Assembly: GCA_950097015.1 (NCBI GenBank)
Contig: CATNEN010000037.1
Location: 1-64,000 of the forward strand
DNA from: Macrostomum hystrix
Taxonomy: Eukaryota > Animalia > Platyhelminthes
Reading direction: 5' to 3'
Length of the DNA stretch: 64,000 nt
The notes under the pieces were generated by a model. The model made no database searches. It saw only the letters and a list, made by a program, of their open reading frames with translations, and was not told where the DNA came from. This document shows, one piece after another, positions 32,628-45,000 of this stretch. Within the stretch, counting starts at the first letter, position 1; each line of letters begins with the position of its first letter. The position numbers were made by a program, and so were the translations under genes.

Positions 32628-33260
32628 ATGGCGTCATTTCGCGGCCTCGAAGAGCCAGAGAACGTAGGCTACTATGCCGTGATCAGATTTGGTCAGGACA
32701 TTGCCTACAACTATCATAACAGCGTGAAGCGCACCTCCTCCATCATTCAGCGCAGTCACGGCGGTCACGAGTGCGCCTTCCTGCCCGATGTGCAGCGCAT
32801 TGAAGGCGACGAGAGGCGACTGTACGGCTACGGTCTGCTGTTCTTTCCGAGCTGGGACGCGGCCAAGTACTGGTACGAGTGTACTAATGAGGTTCGCCAG
32901 CAGGACTGGCTATGGTCGGCTGACATTGTGATTGTGCCAGCGAGAGGCGCATTCGACAAGGGCATGGCCGTGCTGGAGATCAACGACTGGTCAGCCTTCA
33001 GGGACCAGACAGCTTTCGAGGAGGAATACCTCAGGGAACTCAACGATCCGACCGACGGCCGCTGGAACATTGTGGCCTGTCCAGACTATCTGCAGTACCG
33101 CATGCGCAGCAGCTGGAGTCCTAAGTACTTGGTCATCAACCAGTGGCCGGACGTCGAAACCTGGCGCAAGTACCGCCAGTCCAAGGGCGCCGCGATGCAC
33201 AGCTTCGCCCAGACGGTTGCCACTGGCTCTGTGCAGGTCGGCGTTAACCTTAATGTGTGA
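32628..33260 (+). CDS. Tandem DUF1330-like (dimeric alpha/beta-barrel) protein, 210 aa, intronless CDS
   Basis: ATG in a good context (gccatcATGG). Unit 1: SHGG...VQRIEGD...LLFFPSWDAAKYWYE. Unit 2: DGRW...SWSPKYLVINQWPDVETWRKYRQS. Both follow the DUF1330 pattern GG-x-EG-W-x-viiEFPS-eaA-aWY-S. Confidence 0.62.
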   Translation: MASFRGLEEPENVGYYAVIRFGQDIAYNYHNSVKRTSSIIQRSHGGHECAFLPDVQRIEGDERRLYGYGLLFFPSWDAAKYWYECTNEVRQQDWLWSADIVIVPARGAFDKGMAVLEINDWSAFRDQTAFEEEYLRELNDPTDGRWNIVACPDYLQYRMRSSWSPKYLVINQWPDVETWRKYRQSKGAAMHSFAQTVATGSVQVGVNLNV

Positions 33261-34084
33261 GGTCCAACTCAGTCACAACCATTCTCTCTCGGAGATTGCT
33301 AGTTACCATTTTTCTTTCCACTAAAAAAGCGGCAACAGTTATGTTTTGCTTGTTTATGCGATGACCACATCAATACCGACAACCAAAGATGTTCATTGAA
33401 AACTACACCTCTAGTTTGTGACGCTCTTTCGAATTTTATTTTGCGATTGGTGATACAAGAAAAGTCCTACGTACTGAGACAGCAATTTTAAGAAGCGTAA
33501 ATTTGCTAAAAAGTAAAATAATTACTGTTTCTAATTCGACGCGAAGACTACCGATACTAACCTTTCGTCCCTGATTCAGTTATGTGTAAATAGAGTCTTT
33601 AAATTTTAATATCAACTGTAAAATTTCTTATTTAATTTAATTACGACTGTTCTCAGTTCACGATATCGACTTTGTTGACTCTGGAGTGCCTTGTTTTGAA
33701 AATGTTTTACCCAATTGATCACAATTGGTCAATGATAGATGCTAGAATTTGCGGACACCATATAGATCGATGTGTTAGACAAAAAAAAGAAGGCGTAAGA
33801 AAGATAGTTAGCAATGTATATACCGCGTCCTAACCAGACATCCTTTATGTACTTTTGGTTGTATTAATCCGAAAAATAATTATTTTAGGTCGTAGCTTGG
33901 ATTGGTCAACCCGAATCATTTTTGCTCAAGTTATTCGATAACGTCGTTTAAATAGCTGAGACTCTAAACAAAAGTACAGTAAAACGGGAATGAGGATGTG
34001 AGAAACGTTTGCAAGAATAAATTGCAAACAAAGTACACGCTAAAAAAAAAGTTTGCTTTTATCGTGAGGTGTCCTGGTTGCCGT

Positions 34085-35716
34085 TCAGGTGCTAGTTCTG
34101 GCTGCAATCATACTCGTTGGCACCATGCTCAGCCTCATATTTCCTGGCGTGCTTATCTGCACAGCGTTGAAGCACCAGTTGGTGAGATTCCAGGCCGGCC
34201 GGGACTCGCCCTCATTCTTGGTGATGGCCTCAATTTTCTTCTGATAAGTGGTCGTGCCAAACGAGGCGCATAAACTCTCGAAGCGAAAGAATAGAAGCGC
34301 CGTCCGCCTGATTTCTGCATAGAGCTCATAACCACTGGGTTGCTGCGAAATTTGGTTGGACGAAGTGCGCGCAATTGGCTTGTTTGCAATCAGTTGGAAC
34401 TGATTGCGCAGCTTCGTATAAAGTTCCCTGATTAGCTCTATGGCTAGGTTGACATGGTTCTCCTCATCGCTCCCATTTTGATAGCGAATATCCGCTAGAA
34501 CGCGGTTGATGCCAGCTTGAGACCTCCAGAATCCGAGCTTGCTCTCGCGCACCTTGGGATGCGGATCGGCGCCTTCAAGATCTTGACTCGATGCGCAATC
34601 GCTTTGTTCGTTTTGTGGCGGAGGGGCTTGCTGTAAATAGATGTCCCAGGGCAGGTTGTTCACAATCATGCTCAGCAGATTGTAGAACACTGACTCGATG
34701 TCGTGAATCGGATTCGGATATGTACCCTGAGCTCGGTACTGCGAAATAAATCGTGGGTTACCACCCAAATTAACTTCCGCCATCTTTTTATAACCAGTGG
34801 TGTCTATTATCATAGCTTTGCTGAAATTGGCTAGATATACCACATTGAATGCGGTTGAACGACCGAAATATATATTCTTGGGATCCACCGCATTGTGAAC
34901 GACGCCGAATCTGTGAATCTGATAGCAGCGACAGACCAACTGATCAAATATCTTAAACGCGGTCTCAAAGTCAAAGGTGCGAGCTTTGCGGTTGGAATGC
35001 ATCATCACTTCTAACAGATAGTGGACGCTTGGTCCCAGTCTTTCCATGCTCATATAGGCCATTGTTGATCTGGTCTCGGACTTCCATGGTATGAGGTAGC
35101 CAAATGGATCGATGATTTTTTGCAGATGCGCTTCGGACGGTTCGTAGTTATAAACTGAATTGGGCACTTCGTTGAATTCGAACACCATCGGGATCCCAGT
35201 CATTTCGTCCAGATCAAGGTTTTCCTGTAGATAGGCCTCCCAAATGTGCTTCAAAATGCTGTACTCACGAAAAAGGAGCCGAGAACTTGTTACGCTTTCA
35301 CTTGTATTTTCAAGAACCTCCACCTTAATAATGACTGACAGTGCAACGTCCCAGGGCCGACGCTTTGACAAATGTGGATTAGGCTTGTCAATTGTGCGTG
35401 TATAGGCAGTGATTTTCTTTTCATAAAGCGGATGAGCGACGAATTTGTATGTGTCGAAGTTAGCTACTTGCTCAATCGAGCATCTGGTGAGAGCGTCGAT
35501 GACTATCATGCGCTTGCTGGATTGGGTGCACACGTGCAAGTCATCTGATCCCGTGAATAGAAAAATCTGAGAAAAATCTTTCGAAGTGGCTAGAATGGCA
35601 AGAACAATCGATGCCCGCTTCTGAAGATGATTCATCTCTTTCTGCGCCTCGAAGCGATTGTCAGCTTCATGCATTCCAATGTCTTCTACGATTAACGAAA
35701 ATGTTGGTTGCGTCAT
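34085..35716 (-). CDS. Casein kinase 1 (CK1/TTBK/VRK)-family pseudokinase, 543 aa, intronless
   Basis: VIIKVE, GIPMVF, YMSMERLGPSV, VVHNAVDPKNIYFG, VYLANFSKA, GNPRFIS, DIESVFYNL and LPW follow the CK1 subdomain order. HRD is HNA and DFG is NFS. Confidence 0.8.
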   Translation of the reverse strand: MTQPTFSLIVEDIGMHEADNRFEAQKEMNHLQKRASIVLAILATSKDFSQIFLFTGSDDLHVCTQSSKRMIVIDALTRCSIEQVANFDTYKFVAHPLYEKKITAYTRTIDKPNPHLSKRRPWDVALSVIIKVEVLENTSESVTSSRLLFREYSILKHIWEAYLQENLDLDEMTGIPMVFEFNEVPNSVYNYEPSEAHLQKIIDPFGYLIPWKSETRSTMAYMSMERLGPSVHYLLEVMMHSNRKARTFDFETAFKIFDQLVCRCYQIHRFGVVHNAVDPKNIYFGRSTAFNVVYLANFSKAMIIDTTGYKKMAEVNLGGNPRFISQYRAQGTYPNPIHDIESVFYNLLSMIVNNLPWDIYLQQAPPPQNEQSDCASSQDLEGADPHPKVRESKLGFWRSQAGINRVLADIRYQNGSDEENHVNLAIELIRELYTKLRNQFQLIANKPIARTSSNQISQQPSGYELYAEIRRTALLFFRFESLCASFGTTTYQKKIEAITKNEGESRPAWNLTNWCFNAVQISTPGNMRLSMVPTSMIAARTST

Positions 35717-36984
35717 TTTGCAAGCCGGTAGGTAGCACGATCGGGACGTATTAGATAGGTGATGGCTGACACATAAATTAGATCTCTCTTTGCAACCCTA
35801 TTGCTTAATCTCCCCCTAAATGGGATGTCTATGGCCATGGTGTGCGAAATGACTAGTTGCGCTTGTGCGAACGAAGTTGCGACCTAAACAACTCGCGTAG
35901 GATTTACAAGCCTAGAAATCACTATTTTGCATTGCTTTGTTGTTTTTGTATTTCATATGATAAGCTTTAGGCATAGAAGTGGACAAAAAGTCTGATGTTT
36001 CCACGACTGAAACTTTTGCAAGTAGTTTATACATTTTTGAGGTACATGAAATATTAAATCTTGACTTACGAACTATGGGTTTCTTGTTGCGAAATTAAGC
36101 GAAGCTCAATTAAAATGCAGGAATGCATACAATATTAAAAGTGCTTAATGCTCTTACAAATGTATTCATCATAACACAGGCGATAAGGTGACTGAGTCAA
36201 CTGAGAAACAACACTATGTCATTTCTTATGTTTTTCTTTCTAGAAATTTTAACACCGTGAAAACTTCTAATACTATAACATATATAGTAACAATTTTCGT
36301 TTACTACATTAAATAATAGCTCTTTCATAATTATTTTGTAATAAATGTATCGAATCAGATCTAGTCATTTGCTATTACAAATTTGGTAGCGACTATATGT
36401 AACTCTAAAGAGAAGTCGTGACTCGAAATTTGTGACTAAATATAATTCAATTTGCGAATTCAGTCGCGGTAAACAATATTTATTTTTTATATTAATGGTT
36501 GTAGATGCAGTATATAAATAAGGCCCTAGTCGTACCCTTTGGAGCGCAGTTATTGTAAAAAGAGGAGAGCTATTTGAAATATTTGGAATTATTATAAATA
36601 AATGATTTATTAATTTCGCTAGTTAACCATTTCATCATAACTAATATAATGTATAGATAGGCACTATATATTAATCAAAGGATGAACAACGTATAAATGA
36701 TCAAGCTGTTCTACCAAGCAAGAATACTATATATAATGCTTATTATTCTCAATTTTGTTTTCCTACTCAGGCTGAAAACTATATTATATAATTTGTAGTT
36801 ACAATACCAAACAAGGCAAGATTATTCTTGTCTGTCAGTTCTTACGAAAATTTTGTTTTTCATGCTTCCAAGTAGGGTTACAATGAATAAATGTAATAAT
36901 CTGATATGTTTTAAACTTGCAATTTACTTTATTTTCATTTTCCCAAAAAAGCATGCCTGTTACTATTTGCAGCTAAAGTGCGTG

Positions 36985-37554
36985 ATGCTTGCCGAACGAC
37001 CGAATTTCGCTGGCAGCCTACTGCTCACAGCAGAGTTCTATCACACCATCAGCCATCTATTCATCTTGTTCAGGTTTCGACTCCTGCCCCGTCGCGATCT
37101 GGTTCGAGTGCGTGTGTACTTTTTAGCTGACACCTTCACGGTCTTTCTAGCCTGGCTGTACATCGGGCGGCTGTATTGGTGGCAGGATCTGTACACGGCT
37201 GCTCAGGTGGCTCAGCATCTGTACTATTACTTAACCTGGGAGAACAGCGTCTTTGCTAGGCGCGTGGTCTCCTGGAGCTCTCTGGACTGGCAGAAATTCG
37301 GCGAACTTCGCCGACGCTTCGCCTGGTTTGAAATCGTCGGCACATCATTCGACATCGCCGTCCACCTGGTGAACGCCTTCCTGCTGGTGCACCTGCTCAC
37401 CTCCGTTGAGGTCATCCTGTGCCTGGCTCTCACCCAGTGCATGGTGCTGCTGGTGCTGTTCAACCCCATGCTAGCCTGGGCTTCCCCAGCCTACATCCCA
37501 GACTGGGTGAGGAGGCGCCTGGCTCCGATCCCTAGTCACTCGAATGCCAACTGA
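36985..37554 (+). CDS. Uncharacterised multi-pass membrane protein (about 189 aa)
   Basis: A clean GC-rich ORF in AT-rich surroundings, with acceptor tttgcag (36972) just upstream of the ATG at 36985. It has several hydrophobic aromatic-rich segments with embedded His residues. Family not recognised. Confidence 0.6.
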   Translation: MLAERPNFAGSLLLTAEFYHTISHLFILFRFRLLPRRDLVRVRVYFLADTFTVFLAWLYIGRLYWWQDLYTAAQVAQHLYYYLTWENSVFARRVVSWSSLDWQKFGELRRRFAWFEIVGTSFDIAVHLVNAFLLVHLLTSVEVILCLALTQCMVLLVLFNPMLAWASPAYIPDWVRRRLAPIPSHSNAN

Positions 37555-38821
37555 CTGGTGGACTCAGGAAAGGCTCATCGACAATCCTTAAAACTGTATA
37601 GCGTCTTACACTTCTGATATCATTAAGCAACTATATTTGCTTGCAAATTTATAGTTATCTCATTCCATTTACTGAAATCCAGAAATATATTGTATTTCGC
37701 TACTTTAAGACTAGAAAATGTACCATTTTTTGTTAGAACCAAACGTTTTAGTATAAAGTAGTGAGCCTCTGTCTGATATTTAATCAAGCTTTCTGATGCG
37801 AAAGATAGACTAGTAGACCAGTCCGCACCTCAGAGGCTTGGCCTGAATTCTCAAGTCGAGTTTTTTGCTCAGAGTTGAGCACAGAGCACTGAAACGGTGC
37901 ACTTGAGTTCACAATGAACGGCCTCGCCCCTTCTACGGTTCACACTCTCTAATCGAGCTCGAACTGTCTGCCGCACTGGCCCTGCTCTGTGCCTCTCAAT
38001 GTCCAATGCCTGGTCTGGCCCAGCCAACTCAGAGTTGACATATCTCAGGTCTTCTCATGCCTGGCACCGCCTAGAATTCACCTTTTCTCTACTTGAGTTC
38101 ATGCTCACAAAAATCTGCATATGTTAGCATCTTCTGCTGCTGTGCTTCTCAACCATGCCCTGTTTATTATAATACTGTTTCGTAGCTTCGAGGCTAGAAA
38201 TGACCGACCATTAGTCAGAGAGAACACTAAAACCAGAGAGAACAGAAAGAAAAATTCGTTTAAAGCAAAATCCGCTCGCATGTTTGAATTTTTGCACGGC
38301 TTCTCTCCGGCTCAACTTATATTTCAAGTTTCTTGTTGAAGCGAAGCAATATTTTGGTTCCACGGTGAAATTTTTAGCTAACCGAAATATAAACAATGTA
38401 AACGAAGTTTTTAAGGACATGCTTGCTAAATGCGCAAATCAGTAGCTAAAACTGGCTGACACATAAGCTTCAGCTAACGTGTTGAGAATTTATTCGCAAT
38501 AAAAAAAAATCTACCTAAATTTAAGTACTCGTAGTAGTGCATTTGTTGGAAATCCAGTGAGCCTCTGGACTCTGGTCCAGAAAATAAGGTTGTTGGCAGG
38601 AGTTTTCGCTCCGGTTTCTATAGAGGGCCTTGTTATTAATCTTAAAGAAATCTGAAAGCAAATAAGAACATATAAGTGTAGTTGGATTCTCAGAACTCAG
38701 AACAGGGCATGCGCTTTAAGTTTTGATTGATTTTCAGTAGTATCGAGTGTATTTTATTCGTTTTTTGTATTGAAGATTCTAACAGCTTTTATTTTAATTT
38801 GGAACCATGCTCGCCTTGGTC

Positions 38822-40866
38822 TCAGCGATCTGTAGTTGCGCCGCCTGGTGCGCCCACTCTGGTGCTTCGAGTGTCTCGGCGCATAACAACGCGTCGCTGC
38901 TCTTGCTGCTCTTGGTCAGCTTGCTTCTGCTGGGCTAGCTGCATCTGCTGCATCAGCTGCTGCTTGAATTCCTCGCTACTCGGATTTGGCTCGGCTCCAG
39001 CGCAACGCTGACAGGATTTGTCGCTGCTTTGCATCGGCGCCTGTGGCGGCGAAGCTGAGTGCGACTCTGTGGTCTCGCTGACATTCTTGTCACCGTTTCG
39101 ACAGAAGGAACAACTGCTGAGCAGCGAGGTGAAGCGGACCGCCAAGCCGGCCGCTAAGCGCTGAAGGTGCGCCCTCTGTGCAGGATTCAAGAAGGCGTAG
39201 ACGCAGGGATTCAAAGCCGCGGAGCTGTAGCCAAACAGGCGCAGATATTCTCGCAGAGGATCGCTAGCGGTTGATACCAGGTTGGCTACGGAGAAGGGCG
39301 CCCAGCAGGCGAAGAACACAGCTGTGGTGAGGCCCACCGTCAGGCTGAGGCGGATATTGCGGCTGCGACTACTAGACATCGCGCTTCTGCTGCTTTCGAT
39401 TTTCTTGCCCCCCTGTCCGACTGCGTTCGCTTTACCGCCTGGAACTTTTTCCACTCCGATAGCTGACTCGCGTCTCCCAAGGTGTAGCAGCAAAGTTGTG
39501 TAGCAGAACTGCACCAGCGCTATTGGCAGCCACACATAGGCTGTCTGGACGTACACTCTGAATGCCAGCTCCCTGTTGATATAGAAAACGGTGCGAATCG
39601 AGCAGTTCTCGAAAATGGTGCAGAGCTTAGTAGCCTGTGGCCTCCTGGCTAAAAACTGGAATTTTACCTTGACGCTCTGTCGCTAGTGTTGGACCAAACA
39701 TTGCCGCACTGATAAGTTATTGCGTATGTGCCATTCCGATCAGAGATTTCATGAAATTTTCGAAATTGTGTGTCAGAGACTACCAGCTGTGGTAGAGCCA
39801 TCACCAGTGCCAGCGCCACGCTGCCGAAGATGTTGACAAGCATCAGACCGGCTGGGTGACGGGCTGCTGCGCTCAAAGGAAACACTGCCACATACAATCT
39901 GTAAAATTAGGTTATGGTGGCTTAGTCCAGGGACAGCAGCAGATGACTGCAGCTGTTACCGATATAACTGTGAGGCAATAATTTCCCATGTCTATTGGAG
40001 TTAATAATACTAGTAATAATAAAATTTTGCAGGAGGGTTGTGGGCACTTGAATAACATTTGGTGTTTTTCAAAGAAGGCCATTCTGCCTATTTCGCTCAG
40101 TCCTGAGCACAGATGCACACAGATACGGCAAGCAGGAACACTCTCACACAGGTGTGTACATCTGCCCTGACGTTCTCATCTTCAGGCAGTGTAAATCCTA
40201 ATTGTGGCCATTAAGTGTGAAAATTGCACGACGAGCCCTCAAGCCTTCTCTCCACGGTTGTGCCCCAAATGAATGTGGCCTCGCCGCGGAATTGAGCTCA
40301 GCGACCTTGGTGCGAGAGGCAAACAGGTCAGAACGCTTTGCCCTCACCCTTCTCACCTACCTAGAGTTAAAATTTGCATTAATATCAATATCAAATTAGC
40401 AAGTAAGTCAGCCTACCTCTCGAAGCCCAATCCGACTAGGAAAAGTACATGAGATCCGTAAACAACGGCGGGAATGTAATGAAACGCTTTGCAGCTGGCA
40501 GATGCATAGTTGAATTCCACGTGAAAACTGTCACCAATGGACCACAAAATCAGTAGCCCACTGGTCGTAATAAAGATAATTGACCAGCTGCATTGGCAGA
40601 TTGACCAGGATGAACGCCAGGTCGAACCCGGCAACGCCATAGTGGACATAGGCACCGCCACTGACGCCGCTACCGCCTCCCGCAACAGAACGGCGCCTCA
40701 GCTTAGCATGCGAATATGCTGCTAGTAGCATGAGAACGTTGGCAATCACCCCTAGCAGCCCAATGCTGCTGTACAGGCCTATGAGCAGGTACTGAGTTTT
40801 TGTACCGTCTTGCATGCTTTCGAGGGTGGAAGCAACTTGCACTGTCACTTCTGAAATAATAGGCAT
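38822..40866 (-). CDS. Class A (rhodopsin-like) GPCR, peptide-receptor-like, 4 exons (5' end uncertain)
   Basis: TM1 GVIANVL, TM2 FDLAFILVNLP, TM3 CK...GFERLYVAVFPL, TM5 WLPIALVQFCY, TM6 FFACWAPF, TM7 SSAALNPCVYAFL. Exons 40866-40535, 40494-40417, 39898-39668 and 39557-38822 total 1377 nt in frame. Confidence 0.85.
40020..40352 (-). mobile_element. tRNA-derived SINE family B, copy 3 (GPCR intron)
   Basis: The reverse complement matches the body of the copy at 30736-31090. Confidence 0.8.
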
Positions 40867-42063
40867 GGTCAGCCTAGCGATGAGTCCTCTGTAGTAGATA
40901 TTTAGCGACCGGGCAATGACTTGCTCAGTTAAAACCTGTCCCGTCAAGCGTTGAGCTCAGCTTTTCCGGTTGCTCAGCCAAGGACAAAAATAGATGGAAT
41001 CTTTCGATCAGAATTCAGTTTCCTAGAGCCCTTTGAGTTTGTGGTTCGTGCGTTACGAAGCGGTTAACTTTGGTTGCTGAGACGAGTTACGGTTTTATAA
41101 TGGCTGCTTCAGGTCAGGAAATTCAATAAGCCCTGATAAGCGATGCTCAAATTTAATCTCAGTGAGGATAGTCAGGACAATTTTACGACGCGAACAGATT
41201 TGCCACCGGTTCAGCTGGGAATCGTGCCGGATCAAAGATGTTTCTCAGCTAGCCAAACAGCCTGCTCTTATCCGTTTTTTGCATTGCTCTTGCAGCTTGC
41301 TAATTTGCTGATTCAGATTCGAGTGCAAGCAATAAAGTTGACCCGTTGCAATTTCATCGAGTCAAAGTAAATAAAACCTTTGACACTTAATAACTCCAGC
41401 ATATACGACAACATATTTAGCATTTCAAAAAGAACAGCTGTAAACCTTGGTATAGTCGGTTTTCTGTTTAAAAATAGCAAAGCTCAAAAATACGAAAAGC
41501 AAAAGACATGCTCTGTCAAGGTGCAAATGTCAGGACTTGTTGAATATATCTGTATTATTTTCGTAACTGCTATGATTCAACTTGGATTTTTTGTACCTAA
41601 TTACTTTTTAATTGACTACTTGTAGTGTCATTCTGCCATTAAATTAGACTTTTCTACTGATTGTATGCACAAAGTCGCTCGCAAATGTGATATTGTATAG
41701 CTGGTATTCAAAATATCCTAATACAAACATTGTGATTTATAAAAAAATATTAAAAACGTGCAAAGCATAAGAAAATAGCAGAGATAAAAATTCCAACCTT
41801 TTTCAGCTATTGAGTTCAACCTTTAAGGCTTCGATAAGCAGTCTAGCATTGTTTAATCAGCAGTTACCTTTTACTTACTGATTCGAACAATACAAGTATG
41901 AATACTTATTACTGGCCTATGAGCAAGAGCAAAAAATCGACTACTTTAAATAAGTATTTATACGATCGTACTTTAAAATACACGTAGTTCACCAAATCAA
42001 ACACACGAGATACGTATCAGACGGTATCTAGGGAAAGCTGGTACAAATTACGCTTGGTTATAA

Positions 42064-45000
42064 TCAAAAGGCAGTCTTTCCCTGAAATCGCGGATTTATG
42101 AACGAACTGGTGTTGGGCTCCCGTATCTGGACGTAGTCGGGCTGCTCCTGCGGAGTGATCTGTTCCTGAACCGGCACGCTCTCGATGTTGTACTCCAGAC
42201 ACTGCTCCTCGATGTCGTCCATCTTGGCTCCGTTGCCGTTGATCTCGGAGGCGGCTAGAGAGACTGGACCAACATGACTGCCTATCTGGGACGCCGCGTA
42301 GATGTCGTACGGGTTGGACCGATACACCAGGCTGCGCATGTCCCTGCAGTACGAGGTCAGAAAATTGGGTTTCATCATCATTTACAATTACGAACCGTAT
42401 TTCAGACTTTTCAAAGTGATCTTACCTAGGCCGCTTGACAAGGCAATACACGATTACAATGATGCACATCAGGATGATGAACGCGGCAATGGCAATCAGG
42501 GCAGCCCAGACATCGGTTGAGAAGCCGTACTGATAGAGAATTTCCGACGTCTTCCTGAAGGCCAACTGGCCAGTGGTGACGCTGAATGGCGGTCGGATGG
42601 TCTCCAGAGGAACCACTCCGCTCAAGAGGTTTCTAATCGCCGCCTTGGCCTCTGTGGTCATGAAAGCGCTGAAATACGAGTTTGATGGGTTTGATGAGTG
42701 CAAAATCAACTGGATGATATGGTCCCAGCCAGAATTAACTGGACCAAGTTATTAGTTACTGGCAAATTCCTCTCAGTCTTTTCTGCAGTTTTAGACGTAG
42801 ATTAAAATCTCTGTTACGAATACCTTAACAATCCAACTCCCTGGTAAGATTTTCCTAATTAGACAAATGAATTAGATGTAGAAGCAGTATACGTATGCCT
42901 TACTTGGTGGGTTCAGCATCCTCTCGGACACAGATGTCGTAAGTTACCGGGTTGACGCAGACGAACCAAATATCGGTGCTGAAGTTTAAGAATTGGAAAG
43001 GAAAGTATATCAATTTTCCTGGCTGCTTCATGATAATCAAGGCGCGACCGCACTTTGATCGTTCGCGACCAATGTAAAGCTTCCCAGGCTAAAGGTAAAA
43101 AGGCACGAACCCTGTGATATCGTCCATAACGGTGCTTCCATCGAGATACTGGCGGGGATTCACGCGCTCAATGATGACCACCTGACCGGTTGCGTTTTGC
43201 AGCGTCCTACAATAAGTAACGACAAATACTTTTATTTGCTGGAGCTTGAGAACATTTGAGCAGGAGCCTGGAGTTAAGCATCTCTAATAGTTCTTCAAAG
43301 CCTCTGGAAAAGTTAAATAAAAAAATAAATTTTCTAACCTTCGAATAGTCTCGATGCTTGGAATGGTAACCTGCGGCTGCTTGTTGGGTCCGGGTATGAC
43401 CAGGATCATGCGGTTCTTATCCTGGATCAGGTTCACAATCACCTCCGTGCTGGAGGAGAGCCGCACAGGCAGGCCATTGTCCTGAGCTATGACACCAAAG
43501 CGGTACTTGATCGTTGAGTCCCGGGTGAAGCTGGCGGCCGTGCGGACCGACCCGTCCATGGCGGACAGCAGGAAGGGCGGGTTCGGCGGTGTTGCTGTGG
43601 TCCACATGTTGGGCGCGTACGAGACTTCCGCATTTCTGCCCAGGTCCGCGTCGGTCGCCTGGTTTTTAATCAGTTTTAGAAACCGTTTTATTGACTAGGA
43701 TAATCAACTAGCATGTGTTTGCATCTCGCACCAAGGTTGCTGAGCTCGATTCCGCGGCGAGGCATATTTATTTGGTGTGCAGCCCCAGAGAGAAGGCTTG
43801 GGGGCTTGTCGTGCAATTTACGCACCTAAGGGCTAACCTCCAAGGCACAGTGAAATATTATTCTGCCTGACAATGAGAACGTCAGATGTACACCCTGTGT
43901 GAGGGTGTTCCTTCTTACAATATCTGTGTGCGAGTGAGCTCAGGAGTCAGCGGAATGGGCGCAGTTGCCTCTCGCTGGCAGCGGGTCTGATGTCACCAAA
44001 TGTTGTACTAGTGCCCACAGCCCTCCTGCACATGATGCTATTATATTATTACCAAGACAATCATCAGTTGACTCACGTTTATATTAATAGCCAGTGTGTT
44101 GGCTGCGGCAAACATATCCACCGCGGCAAAGTACTTATCCTGCGTACTGGTCCGGTTGGGGTATACTGGGTAGTGGAACACTGGCGCATTGTCGTTAGTA
44201 TCGGACACCAGGATCAGCACCTTCACAGTCGGATAGGATGTGTACGCTGCGAGAAGGGATTTTAGTGGATGGTAGGTAAATATATTGCCAAGGAAGCATT
44301 TACTGATTTACTCATGTGTGCAATGATATATTTAATCTGCATCAACACAGATTAGCATGTTGGTTTCAACAAATATCATAGGAGTTTATGAGTTGCATTA
44401 GATTTTGAATTGGGCTAGTGAATCATCAGGAAGTGCAAATATACTATTACTGAGTCCATGGTTACAGGAGATACTGGCTCCCGTTGTGTGTACAAAGATT
44501 AGTCAGTTAATGGATGCAGTACGTGTCGATAAAAAGTACAAATTCAATTATAACAGTGACAAAACGTACACACATTCTTAGTCGGTTATTGATATCTTAG
44601 CAGTTTGATATGATATTAAGTTCTTGTCGAATTTCATTGAATCCACATTTAATGAGAATGTAATACAGAATTGTCAATGGCCAGTTTCATTGACAGCAAT
44701 TATTTCAAAGGGATTAATTTTTATTCCAAAATGAGTCAACATATTCACTCAGTCAGAGTACTCAGCAGTTCGCTTACCTGAGCCTAGCAGGAGGTGTAAA
44801 TGGGAGGCTTGTTAATTAGCCATTGCAAAATAGGACTTAATATAGATTCGATGTACAGAATCATAAATAAATAATTAGGTAAGAAAGTGAAATTTAAGGA
44901 CTCAACTTCGTGCACAAAATTACTTTTTTCGCGATTAAGCTTACCGGATGCTGCAGCAAGGAAAATGGAGAGGGGTGGGTCATATTAATGGAGCTCTGAG

